From the NCBI GenBank assembly GCA_963820525.1, contig CAWGAA010000001.1:1632001-1696000 (forward strand): a stretch of 64,000 nucleotides of DNA. Direction: 5' to 3'. Origin of the DNA: an uncultured Spirochaetota bacterium. GTDB taxonomy: Bacteria; Spirochaetota; Spirochaetia; SZUA-6; Fen-1364. The translations under genes and the position numbers were made by a program. Positions within the stretch are counted from its first letter, which is position 1. The number at the start of each line of letters is the position of its first letter. Shown here in pieces: positions 9,005 to 19,262 of the stretch. The notes under the pieces are model-generated. The model searched no databases and was not told the DNA's origin. It saw nothing but the letters and a program-made list of their open reading frames with translations.

Positions 9005-10696
9005 ATGGCGATTCAGGCGAAGGGTTCCCTCATCATCGGGATCGACTACGGCACCGACTCCGTTCGATGCCTGCTCATCGATGCGGCCGGCGGAAAGGAA
9101 GAAGCGGTCGAGACTGCAAGCTACCAACGGTGGGGCGCCGGCAGGTACTGTGACCCCGCGAAGAACCTCTTCCGCCAGCATCCCCGGGACTACACGGAGG
9201 GCCTGGAGAAGGCCGTCAAGGGCGCCCTGAAGCAGCTGCCCAAAACGGCGGCGCGCCGCGTTGCGGCCATCGGCATCGACACCACGGGATCCACCCCCTG
9301 CGCCGTGGACAGGAGCGGAACTCCCCTCGCCCTCACGAAGGGCTTCGAGGAGAATCCCAACGCCATGTTCGTGCTGTGGAAGGACCACACGGCGGTGCGG
9401 GAAGCTGAGCGGATCAACGAGGTGGCCCGGGGATGGGGAGGCACCGACTACACCAAGTACGAGGGAGGCGTCTATTCCTCGGAATGGTTCTGGTCCAAGA
9501 TCCTGCACATCCTCCGCGAAGATCCCCGGCTGCGGAAGGCCGCCTTCTCCTGGGTGGAGCACTGCGACTGGATGCCGGCCCTCCTCACCGGCACCACGGA
9601 TCCCCTCACCATGAAACGGAGCCGCTGCGCTGCGGGTCACAAGGCCCTCTGGCACGAGGAATGGGGCGGGCTTCCTCCCGACGATTTCTTTGCCCGCATC
9701 GACCCTCTCCTGAAGGGGCTTCGCGAGCGGCTGTACACCGAGACCTCTACCTCGGACGTCAAGGCGGGAGACCTCACGGCGGAGTGGGCGAAGCGGTTGG
9801 GCCTGGAGCCGGGGATCGCCGTCGCCGTCGGGGCGTTCGACGCCCACATGGGCGGGGTGGGAGGCGGAATCACGGAGAAGACCCTGGTGAAGATTATGGG
9901 CACCTCCACCTGCGACATGATGGTGGCGCGCCGCGCCGCCATCGGGACAAAGTGCGTCTCGGGAATCTGCGGGCAGGTGGACGGCTCCATCGTGCCCGGC
10001 ATGATCGGAATCGAAGCGGGGCAGTCCGCATTCGGGGACGTGTACGCCTGGTTCAAGGACGTGCTCTCCTGGCCCCTGGAGACGGTCCTCCCGCGCACCC
10101 GCCTCCTGAAGGCATCGGCCGCATTGGCGCTGCGAAAGGATATGGAATCCCGGCTCCTTGATACCCTGGCTGAAGAGGCGGAGAAGGTGGACCCGGGTGA
10201 TTCCACCCTTGTGGCGCTGGACTGGCTGAACGGGAGGCGCACCCCCTTCGCGGACCAGACCCTCAAGGGAGCAATCGCCGGGCTCAGCCTCGGCTCCACG
10301 GCCCCGAAGATCTATCGTGCGCTGGTGGAATCCACCGCTTTCGGCTCGCGCGCGATCGTGGATCAGCTCAGGAAGGAAGGTCTTGCCATCTCGGAGGTGA
10401 TCGCCCTGGGAGGGGTGGCGAAAAAGGGAGGATTCGTGATGCAGGTAACGGCCGACGTTCTGGGGATGCCCATCAAGGTGGCCGCCTCCGAGCAATGCGT
10501 CGCCCTGGGAGCCGGCATGCTTGCGGCTCGAGCGGCCGGAATCTACTCAAGCGTTACGGAAGCCCAGAAGAAGATGGGAAGCGGGTTCGACAAGAAATAC
10601 ACGCCGGACAAGAAGCGCGCCGCCCTCTACAACAAGCTCTACGGCGCCTACATGGATCTGGGAAAGAGCCTCGAGGGGCTTTTGCGCCGGCTGTGA
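9005..10696 (+). CDS. araB: Ribulokinase (FGGY family)
   Basis: IGIDYGTDSVR, LWKDHTA, YSSEWFWSK, EAGQSAFGD, LDWLNGRRTP. Confidence 0.93.
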   Translation: MAIQAKGSLIIGIDYGTDSVRCLLIDAAGGKEEAVETASYQRWGAGRYCDPAKNLFRQHPRDYTEGLEKAVKGALKQLPKTAARRVAAIGIDTTGSTPCAVDRSGTPLALTKGFEENPNAMFVLWKDHTAVREAERINEVARGWGGTDYTKYEGGVYSSEWFWSKILHILREDPRLRKAAFSWVEHCDWMPALLTGTTDPLTMKRSRCAAGHKALWHEEWGGLPPDDFFARIDPLLKGLRERLYTETSTSDVKAGDLTAEWAKRLGLEPGIAVAVGAFDAHMGGVGGGITEKTLVKIMGTSTCDMMVARRAAIGTKCVSGICGQVDGSIVPGMIGIEAGQSAFGDVYAWFKDVLSWPLETVLPRTRLLKASAALALRKDMESRLLDTLAEEAEKVDPGDSTLVALDWLNGRRTPFADQTLKGAIAGLSLGSTAPKIYRALVESTAFGSRAIVDQLRKEGLAISEVIALGGVAKKGGFVMQVTADVLGMPIKVAASEQCVALGAGMLAARAAGIYSSVTEAQKKMGSGFDKKYTPDKKRAALYNKLYGAYMDLGKSLEGLLRRL

Positions 10697-10829
10697 CGCG
10701 CCGCAGGGGCGTGACCCGGGAAATAAGCCGGGCCGCACAGCGCGGTTTGCTGAAGGAGCGGCCAGGCCGCAGGGGGGCAGAGAAGGAGAGGCGGCCGCGC
10801 CGCGTCATGCTGCCCCGGGAAGGAATGCT

Positions 10830-11300
10830 ATGAGGATTCTGGGATTCGGCAAATCAGACACGGAGAGCGTTTCGGAGTTCTGGAGCCGCACCGCTGAAAA
10901 GCGCGGCGGCCAGATCGGCCTGTGCACCTACGCAAATTACCTCGGCAGGACGCAAGACCAGATCCTCGAGCTTCCCGGCCTGCTGTACACGGTGGGCGAT
11001 ATGGTGTGGTTCGAGGACTTCGAAAAGAACAACTGGCTTGCCAGGCTGATTAACGTGGGCTCCAAGTATCAGAAGACCGAGCTGGGATTCCCCAGGAGCG
11101 AGGTGGAGTACACCCGCGTCGTGTCCCGCGGCGCCGCCCTGCGGTGCATCCGAGGGAGCGTCGACGCGAAAAACACGCGACCCCTCCTCTCGGCCGCAAA
11201 AATCTTCTTTACGCCCGTCGTGCAGATCAGCTTCACGGCGGGACACAGCCTCTTCTTCGAAGTTCTCAGGCAGAAGGAGCTCTTGGGCTTCCTGAAATAG
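10830..11300 (+). CDS. Hypothetical protein
   Basis: ATG after GGAAGGAA; 156 aa with normal composition. Confidence 0.65.
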   Translation: MRILGFGKSDTESVSEFWSRTAEKRGGQIGLCTYANYLGRTQDQILELPGLLYTVGDMVWFEDFEKNNWLARLINVGSKYQKTELGFPRSEVEYTRVVSRGAALRCIRGSVDAKNTRPLLSAAKIFFTPVVQISFTAGHSLFFEVLRQKELLGFLK

Positions 11301-11301
11301 C

Positions 11302-11334
11302 GGGGGCGTGAGCCGCAAGCGCACTCGCGCCCCC
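11302..11334. terminator. GC-rich hairpin between convergent genes
   Basis: GGGGCGTGAG...CTCGCGCCCC inverted repeat; no clear U-tract. Confidence 0.4.
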
Positions 11335-11343
11335 ATTGCGATA

Positions 11344-12468
11344 TTACTTTGCCCGAGCGGCCTGCTCGGCGATGATCTGGGACACCTTCTCATCGAACGA
11401 GTCCTCTATGCGCGATGCTGCCCTCTTCCTTGCCTCGCTTTCGAGGTAATCGGCACGGCTTAGCACCAGCTTGGAAAGCTTCGCGTTCAAGGCATCACGG
11501 GCGGCCTGCTGCTTTTTGACGTATGACTTCCGCTCGGCGGGGCTCAGGGAGCGCATCTCCGGCGGAAGCTCATCCGCCTTCAGCTTGGCCATGTCCACGG
11601 TCCCTTGAGCCAGGTCCGACACCAGGTCACCGCTTCCTTGAATGGCCTTTCCGCCGCTTTTCAGGTTGTACGCCGCGCGGTCCGCGGCCACGGAGGCGGG
11701 CGCGGCGGAGGCATTGGCCATCTTCGCCCTCGCCTCCTCCTGCCTCTCTCCCGTTCCGTAGGCGACGACGGTCCGGGAGATCTCGCCGCTCACCCGCGAG
11801 ATCTCGTCGTCGAACGGCGTGGTAACCATGGCCATGTTTCCGCTCTGGGCCAGGGCGACGTACGAGCCCTCGGAAAGCCGGGCAATCTCCTGCCAGATGG
11901 GCATTGTGTCGAGGTTGTCGCCGCACTGCACCGTGTCGATGATGAGGCCGCGCTTCACGGCCTCCTTGCATACCGCGGGGTAGGCGACGTCATTGACGTA
12001 GTCCATGTGAGGAGGAGAGTCGCCGACAAGGAAGACGATCTTTAAAACCACCGTGCCCTTGGTCCAGGACATCCTGGTCACCGCTTCGCGAAGCGCCTGG
12101 TTGACGCTCTCCGGGGTATCTCCGCCCCCGTCTGCCTGGAACGACTGGAGGTTGGCGAACACGGTGTCGATGTCGTCCGTCAGGTCGAAAAGCCTGGTCA
12201 CGTATTCGTCCCCCAGGTCCCGGTACGTCAAAAGGCCTATCCTCACCTCCGGGGTGGGCTTGCGGGAGATGATGTCGTTGGCGATGGACCAGATCTTCTG
12301 CTTTGCCCCCTCGATCAGGCCCGACATGGATCCCGTGGAATCCAGCACGAACGCCACCTCCACGCGCGGCCGCGCGGCCATGGGGTCCGCCGCAGCGCGC
12401 CCCGCGGGAACGGTAAGCGCGGCCGCTATGGCCACGGCCGCCCACGCACTACGAACGTTCATCCTCAT
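11344..12468 (-). CDS. Secreted VWA-domain protein
   Basis: Signal peptide; MIDAS-like VLDSTGSM, GGGDTPESV, LVGDSPPH. Confidence 0.85.
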   Translation of the reverse strand: MRMNVRSAWAAVAIAAALTVPAGRAAADPMAARPRVEVAFVLDSTGSMSGLIEGAKQKIWSIANDIISRKPTPEVRIGLLTYRDLGDEYVTRLFDLTDDIDTVFANLQSFQADGGGDTPESVNQALREAVTRMSWTKGTVVLKIVFLVGDSPPHMDYVNDVAYPAVCKEAVKRGLIIDTVQCGDNLDTMPIWQEIARLSEGSYVALAQSGNMAMVTTPFDDEISRVSGEISRTVVAYGTGERQEEARAKMANASAAPASVAADRAAYNLKSGGKAIQGSGDLVSDLAQGTVDMAKLKADELPPEMRSLSPAERKSYVKKQQAARDALNAKLSKLVLSRADYLESEARKRAASRIEDSFDEKVSQIIAEQAARAK

Positions 12469-12481
12469 ACTGATTCTCCTC

Positions 12482-14833
12482 TCACTCTTCCCGAATGCTG
12501 TAGAGAGTATCGTCGACGACGATATCGATATTGTTTCCCAGGGAAAGCCAGCGCGAGGCCTTGGGGTGCGCGGCCAGAAGGGCGAAGAACTCCGGCGCCG
12601 CGAAGCGGATGTTTTTCTGCGTGAGCCTTGCCCGGCCTTGAGCCGTGGAATCCGTCCACACGCTGCCGTTCTGGTAGAACGCTCTCCCCTCGAGGACGCG
12701 GACCTGGCTGGCGTAGTTTCGAGATTGCTCTTCCCTATAGCCCAGGCGGGCCGAAGGGGAGGCGGGAGGCCGGGACGAGCCGGCGGGAGCCGATTTGGCA
12801 AGGCCGGCGCCGCTCGAGGTCTGGCCCATGTTCCAGCTGTCCTTCATCTGCGCAACGGCACGGGCGTTGTCAACGGCGGAGCGGCCGCTTCGGTTCGCCT
12901 CGGATGCCGCTTCCCTTCGCACGGAATCGATCTTTTCCTTTGCCGTATCGAGCGCCGCGCGATCCCGCTCCAGCTCCTGGAAGCTCCTGAGGTTGGCGGC
13001 CACGCCCCGGCGCTCCTCGTCTTCCACGATCAGGAGGGCCGTGTACGGGGTGACGATTCCATACTGCCGGGCAAGGCGGATGATCTCGTCCCGCAGCTCC
13101 GCGGATTCTCCGTGCAGGCGGACCTCATCGAGGAGCCATCCCACGCGCCGCGCCGCCCACAACCGGGGGATGAAGTCATTGGCGCTCCTGCTTTCGGGGA
13201 AGCTCACCTCGGCGGTGAACTCCCGCGCCTTGCCGTTCACCGACCCGCTTATCTTCGCGGCTGCCGGGCCTTTTCCCGAATAGCGGCCGAGCACAACCAG
13301 CATGTCGCCATTGAACAGGTCGGGAAGCTGGGCGGGGTACACTCCCGTCAGACGGATGGCCGGGTTGGAGAAGCTCAAGGCAAGCCCCGTGAGAACCGGC
13401 TCCCTGATTTTGGCTGCGAAGCCGGAAACCTTCAGTTCAATGTTCTCATCGGGAAGCACGTACTGGCTCACGGCGCGGGTAAGGCCGGAGATCCGATCCA
13501 GAAGGTGCGCGTTGACGTCGGTGCCCACGCCGAAGGCGAAGATGCGCACGCCCCTGCCGTCCCTTCGGACCCGCTCGACGATTGCATCCTCGCCCGTCTC
13601 TCCCACCGTCGGGAGGCCGTCCGTGATGAAGATCGTGTAGGAGGGACGCGAGCCGGTCTTGCCGGCGGCATCGCTTGAGGCGAGCGCCCGTGCCAGGGCG
13701 CCGTCGATGTCCGTGCCTCCGGCGGCGCGAAGAGAGTCGATGAACCGCCCAGCTTTCTCGAGGTTCTCTCGGGAGGCGGGGACGAGCGAATCGAAGAGGG
13801 AATCCGATTCGGTGGAGAATCGAACGATCGCGAACCTGTCCCCCTCATTCATGTTTTCCAGGCATTGCCGCAGCGCGCTCTTGGCCTGCGCGAGCTTCTC
13901 TCCCGCCATGGAGCCGGACGTGTCCAGCACGAAGCACAGATCCTTGGGGGTGACGGCGGTCTTGGAATCCGCTACGCCGGGAGAGGCCAGGAGCATGAAG
14001 TATCCATCCTCCCCGGGAAGCCGGTTCGCCATGAAGTCGATCGCGATGGGAGCGGGAGTGCGGGAGAAGATCACCCGGAAATCCGAGTCGGGCCTCACGT
14101 CCCTGGCCTCCCAGCCCACAACGGCCCTCCTCTCCCCATCCCGCCTCACTTCGGCGTCGTGGCTGGGGCAGTACACGCTTTTCAGCGCCTGCTCTCCGTC
14201 GATCGTCACGACGAGCGATACCTCGGCAAGGGGCGCCGAGCTGAACTTTTCCGTGTTCAGGGGGTAGACGTACTCGATGAGTCCCGCGCCGCTTTTCAAG
14301 AGCTGCGTATAGCCGATGCGGATGCGCTTTCGCGAGCGGGGCTCGATGGGGAACACCCGGACCTTGAACGCGCCGCGGCCGGCGTACTCCAGCAGGGCGG
14401 GATCCCGCATCTTCCTGACAATGCTCTCATACAGTGAGCGCGCCTGGTCCGCGGGAAGGAGCTCCGCCTCCAGGGGCTTTCCGTTCACGTCCATGGAGAA
14501 ACGGTCGATAGCCGCCCCTTCCGGCAGCGGGAAGATGTAGGTTCCCTCCAGCCGCGCGTCCGTGGGGTTGTAAAACTCCTCGTCCACGGAAGTGGATGCG
14601 ACAAGGCCCGTGATATTGGTCTTCACCCGGTGGTAGCTCACCGACAGGGGCGCGAAGGGGAAATGCCCCGGGATGCGGTGGGCCGGATCGTCGATGACGA
14701 TCAGCCCATCTGCGGAAAGCGGGGCCGGAAAAGCGAACGCCAGGAACAGCACGGCAGCGAACAACGAACAGCGGTCCGTGCCCGCGCGCCGGCTTTCCCG
14801 GTCGAAGAGATTCTTTCTTGCGCTCATGGCCAC
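12482..14833 (-). CDS. Secreted VIT + VWA domain protein (inter-alpha-trypsin inhibitor-like)
   Basis: LEGTYIFPLPEGAAI, RDPALLEY, VLDTSGSM, FITDGLPTVG, FIPRLWAARRVG, YGIVTPYT; start 14833 or 14827. Confidence 0.88.
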   Translation of the reverse strand: MAMSARKNLFDRESRRAGTDRCSLFAAVLFLAFAFPAPLSADGLIVIDDPAHRIPGHFPFAPLSVSYHRVKTNITGLVASTSVDEEFYNPTDARLEGTYIFPLPEGAAIDRFSMDVNGKPLEAELLPADQARSLYESIVRKMRDPALLEYAGRGAFKVRVFPIEPRSRKRIRIGYTQLLKSGAGLIEYVYPLNTEKFSSAPLAEVSLVVTIDGEQALKSVYCPSHDAEVRRDGERRAVVGWEARDVRPDSDFRVIFSRTPAPIAIDFMANRLPGEDGYFMLLASPGVADSKTAVTPKDLCFVLDTSGSMAGEKLAQAKSALRQCLENMNEGDRFAIVRFSTESDSLFDSLVPASRENLEKAGRFIDSLRAAGGTDIDGALARALASSDAAGKTGSRPSYTIFITDGLPTVGETGEDAIVERVRRDGRGVRIFAFGVGTDVNAHLLDRISGLTRAVSQYVLPDENIELKVSGFAAKIREPVLTGLALSFSNPAIRLTGVYPAQLPDLFNGDMLVVLGRYSGKGPAAAKISGSVNGKAREFTAEVSFPESRSANDFIPRLWAARRVGWLLDEVRLHGESAELRDEIIRLARQYGIVTPYTALLIVEDEERRGVAANLRSFQELERDRAALDTAKEKIDSVRREAASEANRSGRSAVDNARAVAQMKDSWNMGQTSSGAGLAKSAPAGSSRPPASPSARLGYREEQSRNYASQVRVLEGRAFYQNGSVWTDSTAQGRARLTQKNIRFAAPEFFALLAAHPKASRWLSLGNNIDIVVDDTLYSIREE

Positions 14834-14920
14834 CTCCTACCCCCAAGACTCTACTTCACGGGTTTCACGGAGGTGTCACCGAAAGGAAAAAGGAATGTAA
14901 AAAGAGTGTAAAACGCCCGC

Positions 14921-16318
14921 TTACAACCGGTACTTCTTCAGCTTCTGCGTCAGGGTCTTTCGCGTGATGTCCAGGTCCCGGGCAGTCTTGGACTTGTTGC
15001 CGCCGTTTCGCTTCAGGCACTCGGCGAGGATCCTCCGCTCGTAATGCCCGACCACCTTTTCCAGCGCGTCCTTCAGGGACGCCACGGAAGCCGGATCCGG
15101 CACGAGGTCCGCGGCGGGCCGTCCCCCGGACATTGCGGCGGGAAGCAGCGACGGGGCCGCCGGCGGCGAACCCGCGGCGAAGCTCCTTTCCCCCAGGAGC
15201 ACGATCTGATTGATCACGTTCTCAAGCTCCCGCACGTTGCCCGGCCAATCGTGGGACATGAGAGCCGAAAGGGTATCGGGGCCGAGGGGCACGGGCTCTC
15301 GCGCATACAGGGCGCCGTACTTGCTCATGAAGTGCTCGATCAAAAGGGGTATGTCGGCTTTCCTCGCTCTCAAAGGGGGAAGCTGGAAGGAGACGACATT
15401 GAGTCGATAGAAAAGATCCTCACGGAACCGGCCGTCGCGGATGAGGGTGGAGAGGTCCTTGTTGGTGGCGGCAATGATCCGAACGTTCACCTGGATCCGC
15501 TTTACCCCACCCAACCGCTCGAAGCTCGACTCTTCGATGACCCGCAGCAGCTTCGCCTGGGTTTCCAGCGACATATCGCCGATCTCGTCGAGGAACAGGG
15601 TGCCCCCGTCGGCAAGCTCGAACTTGCCGCGCTTTCTCTCCACGGCTCCCGTGAAGGCGCCCCGCTCGTGTCCGAACAGCTCGCTCAACAGGAGGCTCTC
15701 GGAGAGGGCCGCGCAGTTGATGCCGACGAACGTCGCCTCCCGCCTGTTGCCCGTGAAGTGGATATACCGGGCCAGAACCTCCTTGCCCGTGCCGCTCTCT
15801 CCCATGATGAGCACGGTGACGGGGTTGTCCTTCACCTTGTCCGCCTTGTCCAGGAGCTCCAGGAGGGCGGGGTCCCGCGCCACGAACCGGTAGGGAATGC
15901 TGCGGCCGACGAGCTCCTCCTTGAGGAAGCGGTTCTCCGTCTTCAAAGAGCGCAGCTCGAGGTTTTTTTTCACGGCCTCCAGGAGCTTCTTGTTGTCGAT
16001 GGGCTTCTGGAAGTAGTCAGCCGCGCCGCTTTTCAAGGAGGTGACGGCAGTGTCGACGCTGCCGTATCCCGTGATGACGATCACCACGAGGTCCGGCTCC
16101 AGGCGCTTGAGCTCCAGGAGCAGGTCGATGCCGCCCTTCCCCCCCTTGAGCCTGAGGTCCACCACGGCGGCGTCCAGCGGAAAGCGGGCCGCCTCGGCTA
16201 CCGCCGCGTCGAAGCTCGCCGCGGAATGGACGGTGAACCCGACCCTGGCGAAGAGGTTTTCAAGCCCATGCCGCAGCCCCTCCTCGTCGTCCACGATCAG
16301 GATTGAAGCGCCCGTCAT
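14921..16318 (-). CDS. Sigma54-dependent response regulator (NtrC family)
   Basis: Receiver ILIVDDE, GESGTGKE, GAFTGA, LFLDEIGDM, WPGNVREL, C-terminal Fis-type HTH. Confidence 0.95.
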   Translation of the reverse strand: MTGASILIVDDEEGLRHGLENLFARVGFTVHSAASFDAAVAEAARFPLDAAVVDLRLKGGKGGIDLLLELKRLEPDLVVIVITGYGSVDTAVTSLKSGAADYFQKPIDNKKLLEAVKKNLELRSLKTENRFLKEELVGRSIPYRFVARDPALLELLDKADKVKDNPVTVLIMGESGTGKEVLARYIHFTGNRREATFVGINCAALSESLLLSELFGHERGAFTGAVERKRGKFELADGGTLFLDEIGDMSLETQAKLLRVIEESSFERLGGVKRIQVNVRIIAATNKDLSTLIRDGRFREDLFYRLNVVSFQLPPLRARKADIPLLIEHFMSKYGALYAREPVPLGPDTLSALMSHDWPGNVRELENVINQIVLLGERSFAAGSPPAAPSLLPAAMSGGRPAADLVPDPASVASLKDALEKVVGHYERRILAECLKRNGGNKSKTARDLDITRKTLTQKLKKYRL

Positions 16319-18483
16319 GTCGCGGCTCCTTGCAGGAGGGGAAGGGAGACCTCCAGGCGCGCGCCTGCCCCTTCCCTGCTCCTCACCCTGATGGCCCCGT
16401 TGTGCTTGGCCACGATTCCGTACACGACGGAGAGGCCCAGCCCCGTGCCCTCGCCGTTTCCCTTGGTGGTGAAAAAGGGATCGAAGATCCGGGGGATGAT
16501 CTGGCGGGGTATCCCGGCGCCCGTATCGGCAATGGAAAGGAGAATCGCCTCCGCCCGGCTCGACAGGCGCGTGCATACCAGGATCCTGCCCGATCCCTCG
16601 ATGGCCTGGATCGAGTTCTTCAGCAGATTGATAACGACCTGCCGCAGCTCGTCGGGGTTGAAGGCGGAGAGGGGGAGATTCTTCCCCAGGCGCGTGGCGA
16701 TGGTGATCCTCTTCTCGTGCGCGAGCGATGTGCGCAGGAGCCCCACGGTCTGCTCCACGGCCGCGTTCACGTCGGAGCCCGGCGCTGGGCCGGACTCGGG
16801 TGAGGAGAACTTGAGGAGCTCCGTCACGATGCGGGCGATCCGCCTCGTTTCCTGCTCGATCCATTTCAGCGACACCTGGCGGTCGGGGTCCGTCTCCTCG
16901 TCGAGGAGATTCTGCACGTTGGTGAGGATCGAGCCCAGCGGATTGTTGATCTCGTGCGCCATCCCCGCGGAGAGCATGCTGATCGAGGCGAGCTTCTCCG
17001 CCTGGAAGATCTTCTGCTCCAGCTCCGTCTTGGCGCTGATGTCCTCGGCAATGAATACGCACCCCGTCGCTTCCGCCGAGGCGCCCTCGAAGCTGGAGAA
17101 GGGGTAGAGCTTGATCTCGTAGACCCTGCCGTTGGCGCTCCTCTTGACCTCGGTAAAGGATTCCTTCTCCTTGCGCAGGACGGCTAAGATTTTTTCCACG
17201 ATGCCCTCGTCCACGATGTCGATATCGAGCCACGTGAGCGGGGCTCCGATGATGTGCTTTCCGTCCAGGGCAAAACAGGAGATGAAGGCTTCGTTGGCCT
17301 TCTCCACCACCAGGCTCCTGTTGACGATGGCGATCCCGGCCTGGATGGAATGGATGATCTTCTCGTTGTACTCCTTCAGGAGCACCGTCTCGCGCAGATA
17401 CTCCTGCATCGCGGCCCTGTTCTGGGAGATTTCCCGCGCCATGTCGTCGAAGCCCGCCGTGAGCCTGCCGATCTCGTAGCCGCCCCGTTCTCCCACCTGG
17501 GTGTCATACGCGCCGCTCTTGATGCGGACCATGGCGGCGAGGAGGTCCGCAATCGGACGCGTGATGTTTCGGGAGAGAAAGAGGCTCACCACGATGGTGA
17601 GAAGCGCCCCTGCTACGGAGACCAGAAAGAGGGCGCGGCTCACCAGGAAGATCCTCTGGTTGTAGGGGTCGTTGGAGAGGAAGGTCCCGAGGTGGATTTC
17701 CCCCCCCATGGGCTGCCACGGCGCCGCCGCGTCGTTCGGCGCCCTTCCCAGCGCGCCGGTCCACTGGACGGCGATGTTGTAGCGGGCGCCGCCCACCTTC
17801 TCGTTGTACTTCTCCATGTACGCGCCCCGTATCCCCATCCCCTGGAGTGTGGGAACGGGGAGGTCTGATGGGAGGGAGCTGGACACGCAGCCGCCGTCCA
17901 GAAAGACGGCAACGCCCGACTTCCTGTTCAGGGTGAGCTGGTCGCAGAACTCCGAATCGATGCGCTTGAGGAGGAAGACGTTCATGCTGACGTTCGGCCT
18001 CACGTCGATGGTGGTCGCGCCCAGCATGCACAGAACGCCCCGGATGAGGGCGAACTCGATATGGGAATACTGCGGAACCGCGGAGAGGCCCTTGAAATCA
18101 CCCAGGTCGAAGGTGCTGTAGGTGACGGGGATGATGTGCAGGCTTCTGCTGCGGGGATAGCCGAGGATCACGTAGTCCACCTTGGACACGAAGATGAACT
18201 CCTTCAGCGCCCCGGTGAAATCCTCGCGCGGAGGGTAGCCCTGGAAATCGGCCAGCACGCGCGCCAGGCGGCGGTCATTGCTGATGCCCATGAGGCTGAT
18301 CCAGATCTGGCGTTTCCAGGAGTTGAAGCTGTCGTAGAGGATCGATGCCTCCCCGTCGAGCTCGCGCCGGGCGTCCGAAAGGTCCGCCTGCCGCGTCACG
18401 TTGGCCACCAGGAGAAGAGTCAGGATGGATTGAAACGCGATAACGCCGACGAAGAAGAGAAGCGTCTTTGAAAAAAGCTTCAT
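16315..18483 (-). CDS. Membrane sensor histidine kinase (HAMP, PAS-like, HisKA, HATPase)
   Basis: Two TM segments; AHEINNPL, NLLKNS, DTGAGI, FDPFFTTK, GTGLGL. Confidence 0.93.
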   Translation of the reverse strand: MKLFSKTLLFFVGVIAFQSILTLLLVANVTRQADLSDARRELDGEASILYDSFNSWKRQIWISLMGISNDRRLARVLADFQGYPPREDFTGALKEFIFVSKVDYVILGYPRSRSLHIIPVTYSTFDLGDFKGLSAVPQYSHIEFALIRGVLCMLGATTIDVRPNVSMNVFLLKRIDSEFCDQLTLNRKSGVAVFLDGGCVSSSLPSDLPVPTLQGMGIRGAYMEKYNEKVGGARYNIAVQWTGALGRAPNDAAAPWQPMGGEIHLGTFLSNDPYNQRIFLVSRALFLVSVAGALLTIVVSLFLSRNITRPIADLLAAMVRIKSGAYDTQVGERGGYEIGRLTAGFDDMAREISQNRAAMQEYLRETVLLKEYNEKIIHSIQAGIAIVNRSLVVEKANEAFISCFALDGKHIIGAPLTWLDIDIVDEGIVEKILAVLRKEKESFTEVKRSANGRVYEIKLYPFSSFEGASAEATGCVFIAEDISAKTELEQKIFQAEKLASISMLSAGMAHEINNPLGSILTNVQNLLDEETDPDRQVSLKWIEQETRRIARIVTELLKFSSPESGPAPGSDVNAAVEQTVGLLRTSLAHEKRITIATRLGKNLPLSAFNPDELRQVVINLLKNSIQAIEGSGRILVCTRLSSRAEAILLSIADTGAGIPRQIIPRIFDPFFTTKGNGEGTGLGLSVVYGIVAKHNGAIRVRSREGAGARLEVSLPLLQGAAT

Positions 18484-18507
18484 GCCAGTCCGCTTGCCGG
18501 CCACCGG

Positions 18508-19260
18508 CTATTTTGTAACCGTTTCCGCTCCCACGATCAAGCTCACCACCTCGTCGGGGTTCGTCTCTTTCGTGATAAGCTCTCCCACCTTCTCCCCGCG
18601 GCGCATGATGACCAGCCGGTCCGCCACGGAGAACACGTCATGCATCTGGTGGCTGATCACGATGATCCCGATCCCATGGGACCGGAGCGTCTTCACGATA
18701 TCGAGGACCTTCTTCTGCTCCGCAACCCCGAGGGCCGCCGTCGGCTCGTCCATGATGAGGAACTTGGCGTTCCAGTAGATGGAGCGCGATATCGCCACGG
18801 CCTGCCGCTGCCCGCCGGAAAGCGCGCGGATGCGGTTCCGAAGCGACGGGATGAGGATGTCGAGCTTTTCCAGGATCTTCCTGCTCTCCCCCTGCATGTA
18901 GTCGTGGTCGAGGACGGGCAGGACCCCCATGAACTTTTTCACCTTCTCGCGGCCGAGGAAGATGTTTGCCGGGGTGTTGAGGTTCTCTGCAAGGGCGAGA
19001 TCCTGGTAGATCGTCTCGATGCCCATTGCCAGGGCGTCCATCGTGGATTCGATGTTCACCTCCCGGCCCTCGAAGAGGATCGTGCCCGCGTCCGGCTTGT
19101 ACACCCCCGAGACCACCTTGATCAGGGTGGACTTTCCCGCGCCGTTGTCCCCCAGGAGGCCGACAACTTCTCCCGCGCTCACCCCCATGCTCACATTGTT
19201 GACCGCCGTGAGCCCTCCGAACCGCTTGACGATGTTCTTGACCTCCAGCAGGTAGCCCAC
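18508..19260 (-). CDS. Sugar ABC transporter ATP-binding protein
   Basis: GDNGAGKST, LSGGQRQ, IMDEPTAALG; GTG start after GGAGG. Confidence 0.92.
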   Translation of the reverse strand: MGYLLEVKNIVKRFGGLTAVNNVSMGVSAGEVVGLLGDNGAGKSTLIKVVSGVYKPDAGTILFEGREVNIESTMDALAMGIETIYQDLALAENLNTPANIFLGREKVKKFMGVLPVLDHDYMQGESRKILEKLDILIPSLRNRIRALSGGQRQAVAISRSIYWNAKFLIMDEPTAALGVAEQKKVLDIVKTLRSHGIGIIVISHQMHDVFSVADRLVIMRRGEKVGELITKETNPDEVVSLIVGAETVTK

Positions 19261-19262
19261 CG

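Noticed and set aside
8477..17233. Long antisense or alternate-frame ORFs (8477-10495, 12053-13678, 15044-16306, N-terminal extension to 17233)
   Set aside because: Shadow ORFs of high-GC genes with biased composition and no motifs
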